From positions 1,344,001-1,408,000 of the forward strand of contig OY970176.1 of the NCBI GenBank assembly GCA_963707955.1: a DNA stretch of 64,000 bases, given 5' to 3'. This stretch comes from Candidatus Bathyarchaeota archaeon. GTDB taxonomy: Archaea; Thermoproteota; Bathyarchaeia; Bathyarchaeales; Bathycorpusculaceae. The notes under the pieces were generated by a model. That model had not been told where the DNA came from. It saw only the letters and a list, made by a program, of their open reading frames with translations, and searched no databases. Made by a program: the position numbers and the translations under genes. Below are positions 28,910-38,855 of this stretch, piece after piece. Every line of letters begins with the position of its first letter. Position 1 is the first letter of the stretch.

Positions 28910-30133
28910 TTATGAAGAAAACTCTTCCATTTGTCGATAAGCAAAATCTATCATTCTTTCTCCCTGGTCGAACCAGAAATCGCTGTTCCAATATACGTAG
29001 CAACTCGTCTCAGCCATGAGGAGCGCTCTCAGCGCCTCTTCGCTTCTTGAGGTTTTTGTTTGCTCGTCATGAAACCTCCGACTCAACTCTTCTATTTTCC
29101 TCTTCATCTCCAACCGTCTATCTCCACAACCCCACCGTGAATGGTCCCCCAGCCATGAGCCTCCGACACCCTGCAGCTCGATCTCGCTGTCTGGAGGATA
29201 TTCCCTCAGATATTGAGTAACCGTCATTGAGGAAACCTCTTCATCACTCTTCTCTCTGAAAAACGGAATGAACGTATCGGAGAAGAAATGGTTCAGCATG
29301 ACGTTCCCGTTCTCGCCATCGGACGCGGGAACAATAAGCGCAGGGCACTTTCTGCCGGTTTTTTCTGAAATACGAGCGGCCTCCATGCATTTGTTATACA
29401 CTCCATTTGCGTCACATCCTGCCTGTTGATCAATAAAATCGTACTTAGGCCTGAAGATCACCGTCATCTCTTCGCCGTCGGCTCTGAGAACATGTGGTTG
29501 GCAGAAAATCTCGACGTGCTTTTCGTACGTGATTGTCTTCGCCTTCACAGTCTCGATCGGCAGAATCAGCCATTCATATCCTTTGTTTTTCAACAGCCTC
29601 ATCAGTGCACTCAGTTTCTCAGCGGCTGGAACGCCCATTTCTGGTAGCCAGAACCCTTTGACCCTCATGGTCGATTCCGGACCGAAAAGCGAACAGAACG
29701 CCTTTCTCCAGAAATCAACCTGGCTTTCCCAGTCTTCTTCAGGAGTCACAGGAAAATAGCAGTGAGCGTACGCTGTTCCAGAGAACTCTATCGAGTCAGG
29801 AAACTCATTAAGAACCTGCTTCCATAGCCCGATTATGTCTCCTATCACATTACCGTCGACATCTTCTTGGGAATGCAGTTCACTCATTCTGTCGAGGTTC
29901 TCAAGAAGTATCCCAGAGTAGTCGACTGCAACTCGCGGATGTTTTCCTTCACGTTCAAGATTTCTGACCCACAAAGCAGGGTTTCTATAAGCCCGAGCCA
30001 TGAGTCGCCCGTCCCACCGATCTCTCGAGTCGTCAGAACTGAGCATCCTTTCCAAGTTGCCTATGATCCTATTACTGTCTGTGAACACCATCGGCTGATG
30101 CATGTGTAACCAGGGCAAATACACTGCTTTCAT
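28910..30133 (-). CDS. GH57 family glycoside hydrolase
   Basis: LHMHQP, GFWLPEMG, ASDGENG, AETSCYVYW. Confidence 0.85.
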   Translation of the reverse strand: MKAVYLPWLHMHQPMVFTDSNRIIGNLERMLSSDDSRDRWDGRLMARAYRNPALWVRNLEREGKHPRVAVDYSGILLENLDRMSELHSQEDVDGNVIGDIIGLWKQVLNEFPDSIEFSGTAYAHCYFPVTPEEDWESQVDFWRKAFCSLFGPESTMRVKGFWLPEMGVPAAEKLSALMRLLKNKGYEWLILPIETVKAKTITYEKHVEIFCQPHVLRADGEEMTVIFRPKYDFIDQQAGCDANGVYNKCMEAARISEKTGRKCPALIVPASDGENGNVMLNHFFSDTFIPFFREKSDEEVSSMTVTQYLREYPPDSEIELQGVGGSWLGDHSRWGCGDRRLEMKRKIEELSRRFHDEQTKTSRSEEALRALLMAETSCYVYWNSDFWFDQGERMIDFAYRQMEEFSS

Positions 30134-30837
30134 ATCTAGGCGTAGACATCAAGAACCTAAAATAAAATGCTTCGGAAACAAATCCAGCAAACCCCATCAG
30201 AAACAGAAAAGAAGAAACGTGCGGGAGATGCCTCCACCCGAGAACAAGTCTAGCTTAGACGGGCCAGTTGGATGGATTTTGCCCCTTTAAATGCGCTTCC
30301 TGAACAGTTTGCTCACATCTATATCTGTCACGTAATAGGAGCTCGACTGCAACGTTTGAATGAGAAGCTGGGGATCCCTCCCCTCCTAGGTTTCAATATA
30401 CCATGGATATTTGGATCCAAATATGCTCGCCTCCAACGCCTTTTGAGTTTGATCTGCTCGGCCAGAGACCGCTTTCTAATCGAGCGCGCGTCGGAGGTCT
30501 GGTGCTGCAACCTGTTGTGCCCTAGACTTACTATTATGATTTGTACAAGACCGCACCGAGCACAGATGGGAACGGACAACACGCGGGCATTGACGGCAAC
30601 CGGCTTGAATAGCAGATTCTCATCATTGTTTTCGGAATAGCAACGATTGTATTGAGCACTATGTCCTATGTCAGGCGGAGAAAGAGGGAATGCGCACGGG
30701 CCATAGAAGAATCTGGCCAAGAGCGCATTCAAGACTCTTTTCTCTTCAGGGATGCGCCTCAAACTTTGTGAAAGGCTGCTCAGAATACTACTGTACAGCA
30801 AGGTCTTGTTCAGGAATGCAGGGGCGAGATTCAGGTA

Positions 30838-31503
30838 TTATGGTAGGTCGGCGTTGTTGTCGTATCCATTGCTTTCCCAATAGCCTCGAAAGCTGGTGTC
30901 GTTGGATACTTCTATCTTGGTTAGCCACTTTATCCACTTGTACCCGTACTTGCCTTCAGCGGCTAGTTGAAACGGGAAGCCTTCCGTTGCCGGGAGGGTT
31001 ACGTTGTTTACTTTGTAAGCTATCATTATGTTGTCGTCCACTATGTAGGAAAGCGGCAGACTGGTCGTGTATCCGTCTTGAGCATAGAATATTACGACTT
31101 GGGCATTCTGTTCGTACCCGGCTTCCTCAAGGAGGTCCTTCACGCGTACACCCTGCCACAAAGCCGTGACTGCCCAGCCCGTCACGCAGACGAGCGTGAC
31201 AACTTTCTCGTAGCTTGTGTGATTGTTAATAATGTCGTCGTACGTGTAGACGGTTTGGTTTTGAACAAGCCCTGTGACAACAAGCTGGTAAGTGCTTACG
31301 TTTATGTATTGTATATCATTTATCGCTTCGAGTTGAAAATCATTTATCGACCCGAGTTCCTGCCCATCGTACACCCTGATTTCCCCCGGATAGGAGCCTG
31401 TTGGACCGCTGGTCAGGCTGGTCCACACCAAATTTCCCACGAATGCGGCAGCGACCACTATTATCGCGAGAATGGCCAACAGGAGGATTCTCCTTGCATT
31501 CAT
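30838..31503 (-). CDS. Membrane-anchored molybdopterin-dependent oxidoreductase (sulfite-oxidase fold)
   Basis: N-terminal TM/signal, TLVCVTGW, WQGV, DGYTTSLP, GFPFQL, YGYKWIKWL, GYWE. Confidence 0.88.
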   Translation of the reverse strand: MNARRILLLAILAIIVVAAAFVGNLVWTSLTSGPTGSYPGEIRVYDGQELGSINDFQLEAINDIQYINVSTYQLVVTGLVQNQTVYTYDDIINNHTSYEKVVTLVCVTGWAVTALWQGVRVKDLLEEAGYEQNAQVVIFYAQDGYTTSLPLSYIVDDNIMIAYKVNNVTLPATEGFPFQLAAEGKYGYKWIKWLTKIEVSNDTSFRGYWESNGYDNNADLP

Positions 31504-31673
31504 CGTTTCTTCGCTTCAAGGATAATATGACTTACGTCATACCTATATGCATTTTGCCCGTGTACCTCGCACCAACGGAAACGACTGATCGAGCTCGGTC
31601 AAAAATGCTTTTAATGTGTGCAACGCATAGTCTGAGACAAACTGCCCAGCCCAAAGAAATCGCAAGTGAAAAC

Positions 31674-32567
31674 ATGAAGCTGAACCGCAGGCTACAAAGC
31701 AGTTACGGAAAACGCGTTCTTCTCGTTGTCATACTAGTCTTGGTAGTCACGAGCGCAGTTTCTTTTTCACCTGCGAGCGCACGGGCAGCGGCTACCGCCA
31801 TCAATCTTCCTCCCATGACCCTCACTCTCGTCGCCGCAAATGGCACCCAACTCGTCTTGACCTCTAACGATATCGGAAACCTCCCCTCCTACACGGCTTA
31901 CGGAGGGTATGAAACCCAAGTCGGATTCATCAGGGCTCTGGGAAACTATACGGGGGTCCCGTTGATAACCATCTGCAATCTAGTTGGAGGAATAGCTAAC
32001 GGCAGCAGCCTCAAAATAACAGCCTCTGACAACTACACCAAGACCCTCAGTTATGATGAAGTGAACGGCAATTTCACAACATTCGACACTGTGACAGGTC
32101 AACAAGTGCCTCACAATCAATCTCTCACCCCGATTCTGGCATACTACTTTAACGGTGCAAACCTTTCCTCAGACGAAGGCTCCCTACTCCTTGCGATCGT
32201 TGGACCAGAACAACTGGCCACGGAGGCCCCATACTGGGTGAAATTTGTGGTGAAAATGGAAATACTCAGTGCGCCCGCGCCAGCAGAGTTTCCATGGTTG
32301 CTACTGATAATACCTGTTGTCATGTTCGTGGCCATAATCGCAGCCGCAATTTACAGGAAAAGAGGTTCTAAACGGTCGGCAGAGCAAGTGCCGCAAATCT
32401 TAAAGAATGGATCATCACACATTTCAACATCTCAGAATACCAGATACCGCGCCAGAATGAGCAGAGCCGTGACAAAAAGGCCCAGCGCGATAAGAACAAC
32501 GTTCAACAGCCTTGCTTCTTCCACTCCCCACCGTGTCAAAGCGGTTTTCAATCCGATCAGCACGTGA
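31674..32567 (+). CDS. Secreted surface protein with molybdopterin-oxidoreductase-like domain and AEFP-TM sorting tail
   Basis: Signal peptide, YTGVPL, ITASDNY, ILAYYFNG, WVKFVVKMEI, then PAEFP, TM and basic residues. The 3' extension overlaps the next gene, so the true end is uncertain. Confidence 0.65.
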   Translation: MKLNRRLQSSYGKRVLLVVILVLVVTSAVSFSPASARAAATAINLPPMTLTLVAANGTQLVLTSNDIGNLPSYTAYGGYETQVGFIRALGNYTGVPLITICNLVGGIANGSSLKITASDNYTKTLSYDEVNGNFTTFDTVTGQQVPHNQSLTPILAYYFNGANLSSDEGSLLLAIVGPEQLATEAPYWVKFVVKMEILSAPAPAEFPWLLLIIPVVMFVAIIAAAIYRKRGSKRSAEQVPQILKNGSSHISTSQNTRYRARMSRAVTKRPSAIRTTFNSLASSTPHRVKAVFNPIST

Positions 32568-32812
32568 ATCACCAGCAATATGAGAACGGGCACGGCCAGA
32601 TTCAGATGCCAGTACAATGAGCGGCTGAACGTGAACACGCCTCCTGTCAGTTCGCTCGTCATTCTCGAGTTTGTGATACCGAATCCTGAAATCACAAAGA
32701 TTATCAAAAGCACCACAGTGGGCCAAACGAGAAGACGGTTAAGTCTCTGCAAGTAGTTACTGCTTGGTTTTGTCAACGCCCCCTTGCCCTTGAAGCAGCT
32801 ATCTTTGCGCAA
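32432..32812 (-). CDS. Small 3-TM membrane protein with His residues (cytochrome-b/DUF4405-like)
   Basis: ISGFG, YWH...LVIH spacing typical of heme-b ligands. Confidence 0.55.
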   Translation of the reverse strand: MRKDSCFKGKGALTKPSSNYLQRLNRLLVWPTVVLLIIFVISGFGITNSRMTSELTGGVFTFSRSLYWHLNLAVPVLILLVIHVLIGLKTALTRWGVEEARLLNVVLIALGLFVTALLILARYLVF

Positions 32813-32995
32813 GCAATTAAAGTCTTCTCAATTATGCATTCGTCGCGCTCTGTAAGGTTTCAGCAAGCGCACGCTGTGGGGGGTTAGAATCCAACGCGCC
32901 AGCCCGTTCACCTGCAAACCAGCCGCGCGCGCTAAGACGCGCAATTTTCCAAAAGTCATTTATATCTTGGGGGTAAGAGTGAAGAACGATCTGAG

Positions 32996-33313
32996 ATGAA
33001 GTTCTTGATAATTACTAAGATGAGACAGACCAGTGTGGATGTCTGGGCTAAGCTTCTTCCGGCACACTTCAAGTATCTTGATGCTTTGGAAAAGAAGAAG
33101 GCTGTTGAGGTTTCGTATCATCTGATAGGTCATCAGGGCGATGTTCTGATTGTGAACGCAGACTCAGATGAAGAGCTGGCAAGCATAGTGGGTGAAGACC
33201 CGCTGTTCTTCTACACTGAAAGAGAAATTTACCCGCTTACCACACGCGAGGTTCACAAGCGAAGACTGGAAGAGATTTTTGGAAAGACCAGTGCACACAC
33301 TCGAACGTCTTAG
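32996..33313 (+). CDS. Muconolactone-isomerase/DUF3303-like dimeric alpha+beta barrel protein
   Basis: MKFLII, LIVNADSDEEL, DPLF..EIYPL pattern. Confidence 0.6.
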   Translation: MKFLIITKMRQTSVDVWAKLLPAHFKYLDALEKKKAVEVSYHLIGHQGDVLIVNADSDEELASIVGEDPLFFYTEREIYPLTTREVHKRRLEEIFGKTSAHTRTS

Positions 33314-33325
33314 GACCGCGAGTTT

Positions 33326-34516
33326 CTAATCGGTGAGGGAGTGATGCCAGTTGATTATGTATTCGGGCAGCTTTAACCCTTTTTCTCCCAGTCTCTCGAC
33401 GAGTCTGACTGGCAGTGGGCTCAGGACGTACGCTGTCCTCATGTAGAACCTTCTAGGTTGTCCTGGCTTAGTTTCTTCATCCAACACTATTTGCAGGTCT
33501 GACTTTTCAGTCAGAGTGGATTTTCTTGTTCCGGTGATTGAAAGAACCGTTCCATTCATTTTCTTCAAAGTGTCTGCCCAGGCTATGACAGGCTTGGTTT
33601 CACCAGAGAAGGACACTAGAATTTCAAGGTCGCCCGGTCTCGGAGGCGGCGTGTTCACGCCTCTGGCTATGTACACATTGTCTCCTAGCGTGCTCTTGAT
33701 GTGAAAGAGCCTTACTGCAACCATCTTGACTATTTCGCTTCCAGTACCTTTTCCGCCGAGAAACACGCTTGTCCGTTTTTCCAAGATGTCGACAAGATGC
33801 GTGTAGACTTCAGACTCAACTATTGAGTCTACCAACGGCGCCAGCGTGGCAAACTCTTCTTCGCAGAGATGAAACACTTCACTTGCCTCCAAGTTTCGAA
33901 AAATGGCTTCCGTCATCATGGATAGAAGAAGAAGACTGCCCAATTCGAAGACATCGCCCATGATGCCTGTCTTGCCATAATCAAGCGAAGGCTTCGCCCT
34001 CCCTCGGCCTCTCAGCTCAATAACATGCCCACTTTTTGAGACGATTTCTGCTAATGGTGAACCTAAGTTAGACGTAATGAGCCCTATAGAAAACTTGGAC
34101 GTCTTCTTCTCGCCAATATACCTGCAAAGATCCTGTGCCAGCACCAATGGGTCTCCAGACACGCCGCTGCCGGAGTTTATCAAGAGCAACGTCTTGTTGT
34201 ACCGCCTTTCAAGCTCTGCCGCAGCATCGTACATGTTTTTTCCCGGAAAACCCGGGTCATCCGGGGTTAGCACGGCCTTGTTCCTCCACCCTATGTGGCT
34301 GATCGCAATCTGACTCATCGCTGCATTAAGGGAATAAAGCGACCTGCCAGACCCACCGCAGACCACGCAGTCAGCAGCCTTGAGGTCTTCGTACAAAGGG
34401 ATTAGCTCTCTCTTTCTAACGTTAACCAGGTTGTCCATGATCCTGTTGATGTACCCAATGCGGCTGACCTTGCTTCTGATCTCCCTCACGCTCGGTTTGA
34501 TCAAAAACTCAGCCAT
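33326..34516 (-). CDS. Tandem SIS-domain protein (phosphohexuloisomerase-like)
   Basis: GSGRS, SGSG, MGDVFEL in the first domain; GKGTG, SFSGET, SITG..S.L in the second. Confidence 0.75.
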   Translation of the reverse strand: MAEFLIKPSVREIRSKVSRIGYINRIMDNLVNVRKRELIPLYEDLKAADCVVCGGSGRSLYSLNAAMSQIAISHIGWRNKAVLTPDDPGFPGKNMYDAAAELERRYNKTLLLINSGSGVSGDPLVLAQDLCRYIGEKKTSKFSIGLITSNLGSPLAEIVSKSGHVIELRGRGRAKPSLDYGKTGIMGDVFELGSLLLLSMMTEAIFRNLEASEVFHLCEEEFATLAPLVDSIVESEVYTHLVDILEKRTSVFLGGKGTGSEIVKMVAVRLFHIKSTLGDNVYIARGVNTPPPRPGDLEILVSFSGETKPVIAWADTLKKMNGTVLSITGTRKSTLTEKSDLQIVLDEETKPGQPRRFYMRTAYVLSPLPVRLVERLGEKGLKLPEYIINWHHSLTD

Positions 34517-34555
34517 TCTATATTTGTCTTGCGCACGCTTGAGACCGTAACAAAG

Positions 34556-35596
34556 TCAGCTGAATCGCTTCTTCAGTCCGTGCGCGCTTGACCGATAGGC
34601 AGCTTCTACGATCATGCTCTTGGCTTCGCTTCTCTTACTCGGATCAACCTTGCAGGTGATCTCAAACTCGATGATCTCTCGGTCAAGTGAAGAATACAGC
34701 AAAGTCGGAATTGACTTGAAGGTTTCAGGGTTTGAACCTGCCATGTCCCTTATTGCCTTTGCGACTTTCTCAGGGTCCCAGTCAACTTTGAGCGAGAATT
34801 TCACCACGTCATCGAAGCCCGGACTTATTCTTGCCACAGCCACAGAACCGGTGAGAACACTGTTGTTCAAAAAGGTCAGTTCTCTACCTGAGTCCAACAG
34901 AATCTTCGTGTAGAATTGATTAAGCTCTCTGACCACACCCTCCGCACTCAAGTAGGTTGTGTAGACCCGGTCGCCCAAAGAATACGGAAGTCTACTCTGC
35001 AAGACGGTTTCGTGCCCCGACACCTTCGTAACGATTACCGCCCCCTGGGTTATCGCAGCGTTAGGGATAACCATCTGGCCTCCAGCATAATTCATTATCC
35101 GCGTGGTCATCGCCGTTATCTCCACTATCTTGCCAGGAACATTATTCACCAGAACATCATCGCCTACTCTGTAGGGGTTGGTCATGAGCACTAACGTCCC
35201 AGCCAGGATGTTTCCGGCGAAGGTGGATATGACGAGGCCCAAGACGATCGAGACTACGCCTCCGCCCACCAGCAGTGTTGTCGGCGGAACATGAAATATG
35301 TTCAGGACGGCAAAGATCATGACGATAACGACTAGGATAACAATGAAGAATTGGAAGACTGTCGCAGGATGAACACCGACGCGGCTCGCTATGAGAGACT
35401 TGAAGCGCCGTATGAAAAGTATGATTATCGAGCCGAAAGCGACGACTAGCACGGTTCTAATCGTCTGCACAAACAGGACGGAGAGCTTTGTCGACTCAGC
35501 GACCAGCTGGTCAAAAACGAGCGCGATGCTCAGCGTTACTCCTGCCAGAAGAACCAAAACTAACAAGAACCTCTTGAGAGAATTCACAAGGCCCAT
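34556..35596 (-). CDS. MscS-family mechanosensitive channel
   Basis: Three TM helices, NILAG, PYRVGDDV...G.IVEI...IPN, and a second PYSLGDRV beta-domain. Confidence 0.85.
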   Translation of the reverse strand: MGLVNSLKRFLLVLVLLAGVTLSIALVFDQLVAESTKLSVLFVQTIRTVLVVAFGSIIILFIRRFKSLIASRVGVHPATVFQFFIVILVVIVMIFAVLNIFHVPPTTLLVGGGVVSIVLGLVISTFAGNILAGTLVLMTNPYRVGDDVLVNNVPGKIVEITAMTTRIMNYAGGQMVIPNAAITQGAVIVTKVSGHETVLQSRLPYSLGDRVYTTYLSAEGVVRELNQFYTKILLDSGRELTFLNNSVLTGSVAVARISPGFDDVVKFSLKVDWDPEKVAKAIRDMAGSNPETFKSIPTLLYSSLDREIIEFEITCKVDPSKRSEAKSMIVEAAYRSSAHGLKKRFS

Positions 35597-35696
35597 TGAT
35601 CAAGCACCCTCTTTGCTGCCATTCTATCACCCAGAGGTTGCTCTAAAGATTTCGCGCGAAAAAAAATTGTGGAAAATGTATCTGCCGTAAGTCTTG

Positions 35697-35939
35697 CTAG
35701 AAACCTATTATCAGCGTCTCTGTGGAAACTACTCCGTTGATGCCCCTTATGCAATCGGTGACTAGTTTTCCCAAGTCGTCAAGCGTCTTTGTCTCCACTT
35801 TGATGACGAAGTCCCAACGTCCAAAGACTCCGTAAACGTCTTTGACACCCTTGGTCTTGCTGAGTATCTCTCTGATCGTCTTGGTGAAACTCATAGCTTC
35901 ACTGGTGCCTACTCTGACTAACACGAAAGACTCAACCAT
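35697..35939 (-). CDS. Stand-alone Lrp/AsnC ligand-binding (RAM) domain protein
   Basis: GVKDVYGVFGRWDFVIKV...IRGINGVVSTETLI. Confidence 0.85.
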   Translation of the reverse strand: MVESFVLVRVGTSEAMSFTKTIREILSKTKGVKDVYGVFGRWDFVIKVETKTLDDLGKLVTDCIRGINGVVSTETLIIGF

Positions 35940-36049
35940 TTTGAACACCTTTGAACCCATATGCGTTGAAAGCATAAATTCCTTGCGCAAAGAAAAAGCA
36001 ATTCTCACAAACTGTGCCGAACATGATCTTGCAGTGCGCGTACTGTCTC

Positions 36050-37657
36050 TTAGCTCTGGCTTCCTAAAGCGCGATTCAGAGCGTCGATCACGTTTTGTTT
36101 TCCCATAGCAATTATGTAGGGTCCAAGTCTTGGACCTTGAGGCGCACCCAAGAGGACCGTGTAAATCGTCTTGAAGAAGCTGCTCGGCTGCAAACCGTGC
36201 TTTTTGGCGGTGTTGAATACGGCGTTCTGTATTTTTTCCGGTTCATTTTCAGCCGCCAGCATCTTTACCAGTTCTGTCATTGCAACTCTTTCCTCTTCTT
36301 TCAAGGGAACTGATGCTTCCTTAATCTCTTCAAAATCTCTTGCCCAATTGAATGCGTACTCAACGCGTTTCCTCGAAGCCTCATCCAATGTTTGTCCTTG
36401 CTTCAAGTAGCCGTAGCTTCGAAGCTTATCAACGACGTATTCTTCCTCACTGCCCTTGGGAGCGACTTTTGCCAAGTAAGTTAGCAAGTTGTACGGTACG
36501 TGCAGGCTTGGTTTCGCTGGAACGTGCAATGCAAAGCAGTACTCGTATAAACCCGTCAACTTTGCGCGTTCACGCTCGTCTTTTGCCGCCTTCTTTCCGA
36601 AGTACACGTCTTCCAGAGAGTCCAGCTCGTCCATGTATGTCGGGATGTCTGTAACGTCTAACGCACGAGCACCGACGAATCGTTTCAGCAGCAGAAGCAT
36701 GACCGACTGTGGAGAACCATACTTGAACCATGTTTGCGGTGTCAACAAGAATCCAGCCGACTTTGAGAACCTCCTGCCGCTCTTGCCCAAGAACAGCTCG
36801 TATTTCGCGTGCACGGGCGGCTCCCAGTTCAATATCTCGCGGCAGATGCGGTCGTTGACTCGCACAGAGTCGGCAACATCTTTTCCGAAAGCCTCAAACC
36901 TGATGTCCAAGGCTTTCCACCGAACAGCAAACTCGCCCTTCCAGCTGAGTTTACCCATGCCACTTCTGTAGTCGACTTCTCCCTGGTGGCCGCAGCCCTC
37001 CAGCCATCGCCCCTTGACCTCCATACCTTCGCATTTGTAAAGAATCTTGTTCTCTTTTGGCAAAAAATCATAGGCTTTAGTCGTGTATATGCGGCCGCAG
37101 TTTTCACAAACAGCAAAGTAAGGCAGAGCTTCGAGAAACTTTTCTTGGCCGATCTCCTCTTTGACTATTTCTCCTATTCTCTTTGCATCTAGAAGCATCG
37201 TCCTGATCTCTTCGTTGAACAAGCCTTTCCTATAGACTTCAGTGGCAGACATGAACTTGTAATCGATACCGCACTTGTCTAAGGCCTCGCGCAGAAGAAG
37301 GGACATGTGTTCTCCGTAGCTGCCGTGACAGCCGTAAAAGTCAGGAATGTCCGTTACGGGTCGACCCAAGTGCTCTTTCAGCGAATCGGGCATTCCAGCA
37401 GGAACCTTTCGCAACCCATCTTTATCATCGCTGAAAGCGACAAGTTCAGAGTTAAAGCCCTGCTCTCTAAGCGCTAATGTCACAGCAAAAGACCTGGCCG
37501 CGTCACTCAGGTTGCCCACGTGAGGGAAACCCGAAGCAGCTATGCCCATTTCGGTTCTGACCAAGTTCAAGCTTCTTCCAAGCTTCCGCTCCCTAGTCAC
37601 CACTTTTGCGGCCATCTTATCGTACCACGTGCCGTGACCGATTATCTTCTCGCTCAT
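36050..37657 (-). CDS. lysS: Class I lysyl-tRNA synthetase
   Basis: SGFPHVGN, DGLRKVP, CENCG, FEAFGKD, FSKSAG, GPRLG. Confidence 0.95.
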   Translation of the reverse strand: MSEKIIGHGTWYDKMAAKVVTRERKLGRSLNLVRTEMGIAASGFPHVGNLSDAARSFAVTLALREQGFNSELVAFSDDKDGLRKVPAGMPDSLKEHLGRPVTDIPDFYGCHGSYGEHMSLLLREALDKCGIDYKFMSATEVYRKGLFNEEIRTMLLDAKRIGEIVKEEIGQEKFLEALPYFAVCENCGRIYTTKAYDFLPKENKILYKCEGMEVKGRWLEGCGHQGEVDYRSGMGKLSWKGEFAVRWKALDIRFEAFGKDVADSVRVNDRICREILNWEPPVHAKYELFLGKSGRRFSKSAGFLLTPQTWFKYGSPQSVMLLLLKRFVGARALDVTDIPTYMDELDSLEDVYFGKKAAKDERERAKLTGLYEYCFALHVPAKPSLHVPYNLLTYLAKVAPKGSEEEYVVDKLRSYGYLKQGQTLDEASRKRVEYAFNWARDFEEIKEASVPLKEEERVAMTELVKMLAAENEPEKIQNAVFNTAKKHGLQPSSFFKTIYTVLLGAPQGPRLGPYIIAMGKQNVIDALNRALGSQS

Positions 37658-37777
37658 GCCGAACCGTGCTCTCTCATAGCATAAACCGGATGCAGATAAA
37701 AATGTTGCATAATAGCATCACATCTGGCACTTGCAAGAAAGAGGATGGAAGCGATAGATGTGAAAGATGGGAGTTGG

Positions 37778-38827
37778 CTACTTCAGTTTTGCTCCGCAGT
37801 TGGGGCAGAACTTTGTCCCTGCAGGGGCCTCAGTTCCGCATTTCGCACATTTCACAGTTGCTTGCATTTGGGCTCCGCAGCTGACACAGAACTTCGCAGT
37901 GGTCGGGTTTGCAGTTCCACACTTGGGACAGTTGACAGTTGCTGCCGCCTGTGCACTTGACTGCATCGGTGCGCCGCAGCTGTTGCAGAACTTTGAAGCT
38001 TGTGGGTTCTGGAAACCGCATTTCGGGCACACTACCATGACCTGCCCTGCTTGACCTGCTGATTGTTGGAACACCGTTGGAATGAGCACTGCCCCAGTCC
38101 CGATCGCTGCTCCTCCTGTACTCTTTGACAGGCTTTCGCTTGCTTTTTGAACCGTCTCCATTCTGAGGACCTCTGCTGCGCTTACCCCCGTCTTCACGTA
38201 GAACAGCCTGTCCCTCCACTCTGGAGTGGTATCGATCCCTTCAAACTTTACCTCGATCAGTTCGAGGCCTATCCTGTGAAAGGCGTCGAACAGAACGTTC
38301 TTTGCAAGAAGACTTGTATCGTCCAGCTTGCCATAAACGTCTGAAAGCGTGTACTGACTCAGGTTGTCGATTAGCCTCTCGTTGAAGTAGCCTCTCAGGA
38401 AGTCTTGCAGTCCCTCCGTTGTAAACAGGCCCTGACCGGCGACCACCTCGTTCACGAAAAGGTTTACCTCTTCAACTCTGAACCAGAAGCCTCCGAAGAA
38501 CTTCAGAGGTGCGAGCTCCTTAGTCTGTCCTTGCGCTCCGAACTTGCCCTGGAACTGTTTCATCGACACAAAGAATATCGTAGAAAGAAAAGGACTTCTG
38601 TTGAACCCTGCGATCTTGGAGAGGGTATTTGTCAACAGTGGAAGGTTTACTGTAGACAGCACATGGCGTCCCGCCGTGAACACGTCGTAGGCTTTTCCGT
38701 CTCTGAAGAACACTGCCGCTTCGTACTCGTGGACTATGAGGTTGTCTCCCCAACCGATCTCCTCGGTGGGATACTTCCAGACCATGTCTCCGTCTTTCGC
38801 TCCAACCCATTCGATAACTTTTGGCAT
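37778..38827 (-). CDS. SPFH (band 7, YdjI-like) protein with three C-terminal zinc ribbons
   Basis: LIVHEYEAAVFFRDG...GRHVLST.NLP, followed by three CxxC...KFCxxCG units. Confidence 0.9.
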   Translation of the reverse strand: MPKVIEWVGAKDGDMVWKYPTEEIGWGDNLIVHEYEAAVFFRDGKAYDVFTAGRHVLSTVNLPLLTNTLSKIAGFNRSPFLSTIFFVSMKQFQGKFGAQGQTKELAPLKFFGGFWFRVEEVNLFVNEVVAGQGLFTTEGLQDFLRGYFNERLIDNLSQYTLSDVYGKLDDTSLLAKNVLFDAFHRIGLELIEVKFEGIDTTPEWRDRLFYVKTGVSAAEVLRMETVQKASESLSKSTGGAAIGTGAVLIPTVFQQSAGQAGQVMVVCPKCGFQNPQASKFCNSCGAPMQSSAQAAATVNCPKCGTANPTTAKFCVSCGAQMQATVKCAKCGTEAPAGTKFCPNCGAKLK

Positions 38828-38855
38828 TCAACTCACCTCCTTACCGCTTCCCAGG

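Noticed and set aside
30221-30290. RNase P or SRP RNA
   Set aside because: Conserved P4 or SRP helix motifs could not be found on either strand.
37778-38040. DNA tandem repeat (GCAGAACTT-like units)
   Set aside because: Explained by three protein-level zinc-ribbon repeats of the SPFH gene.
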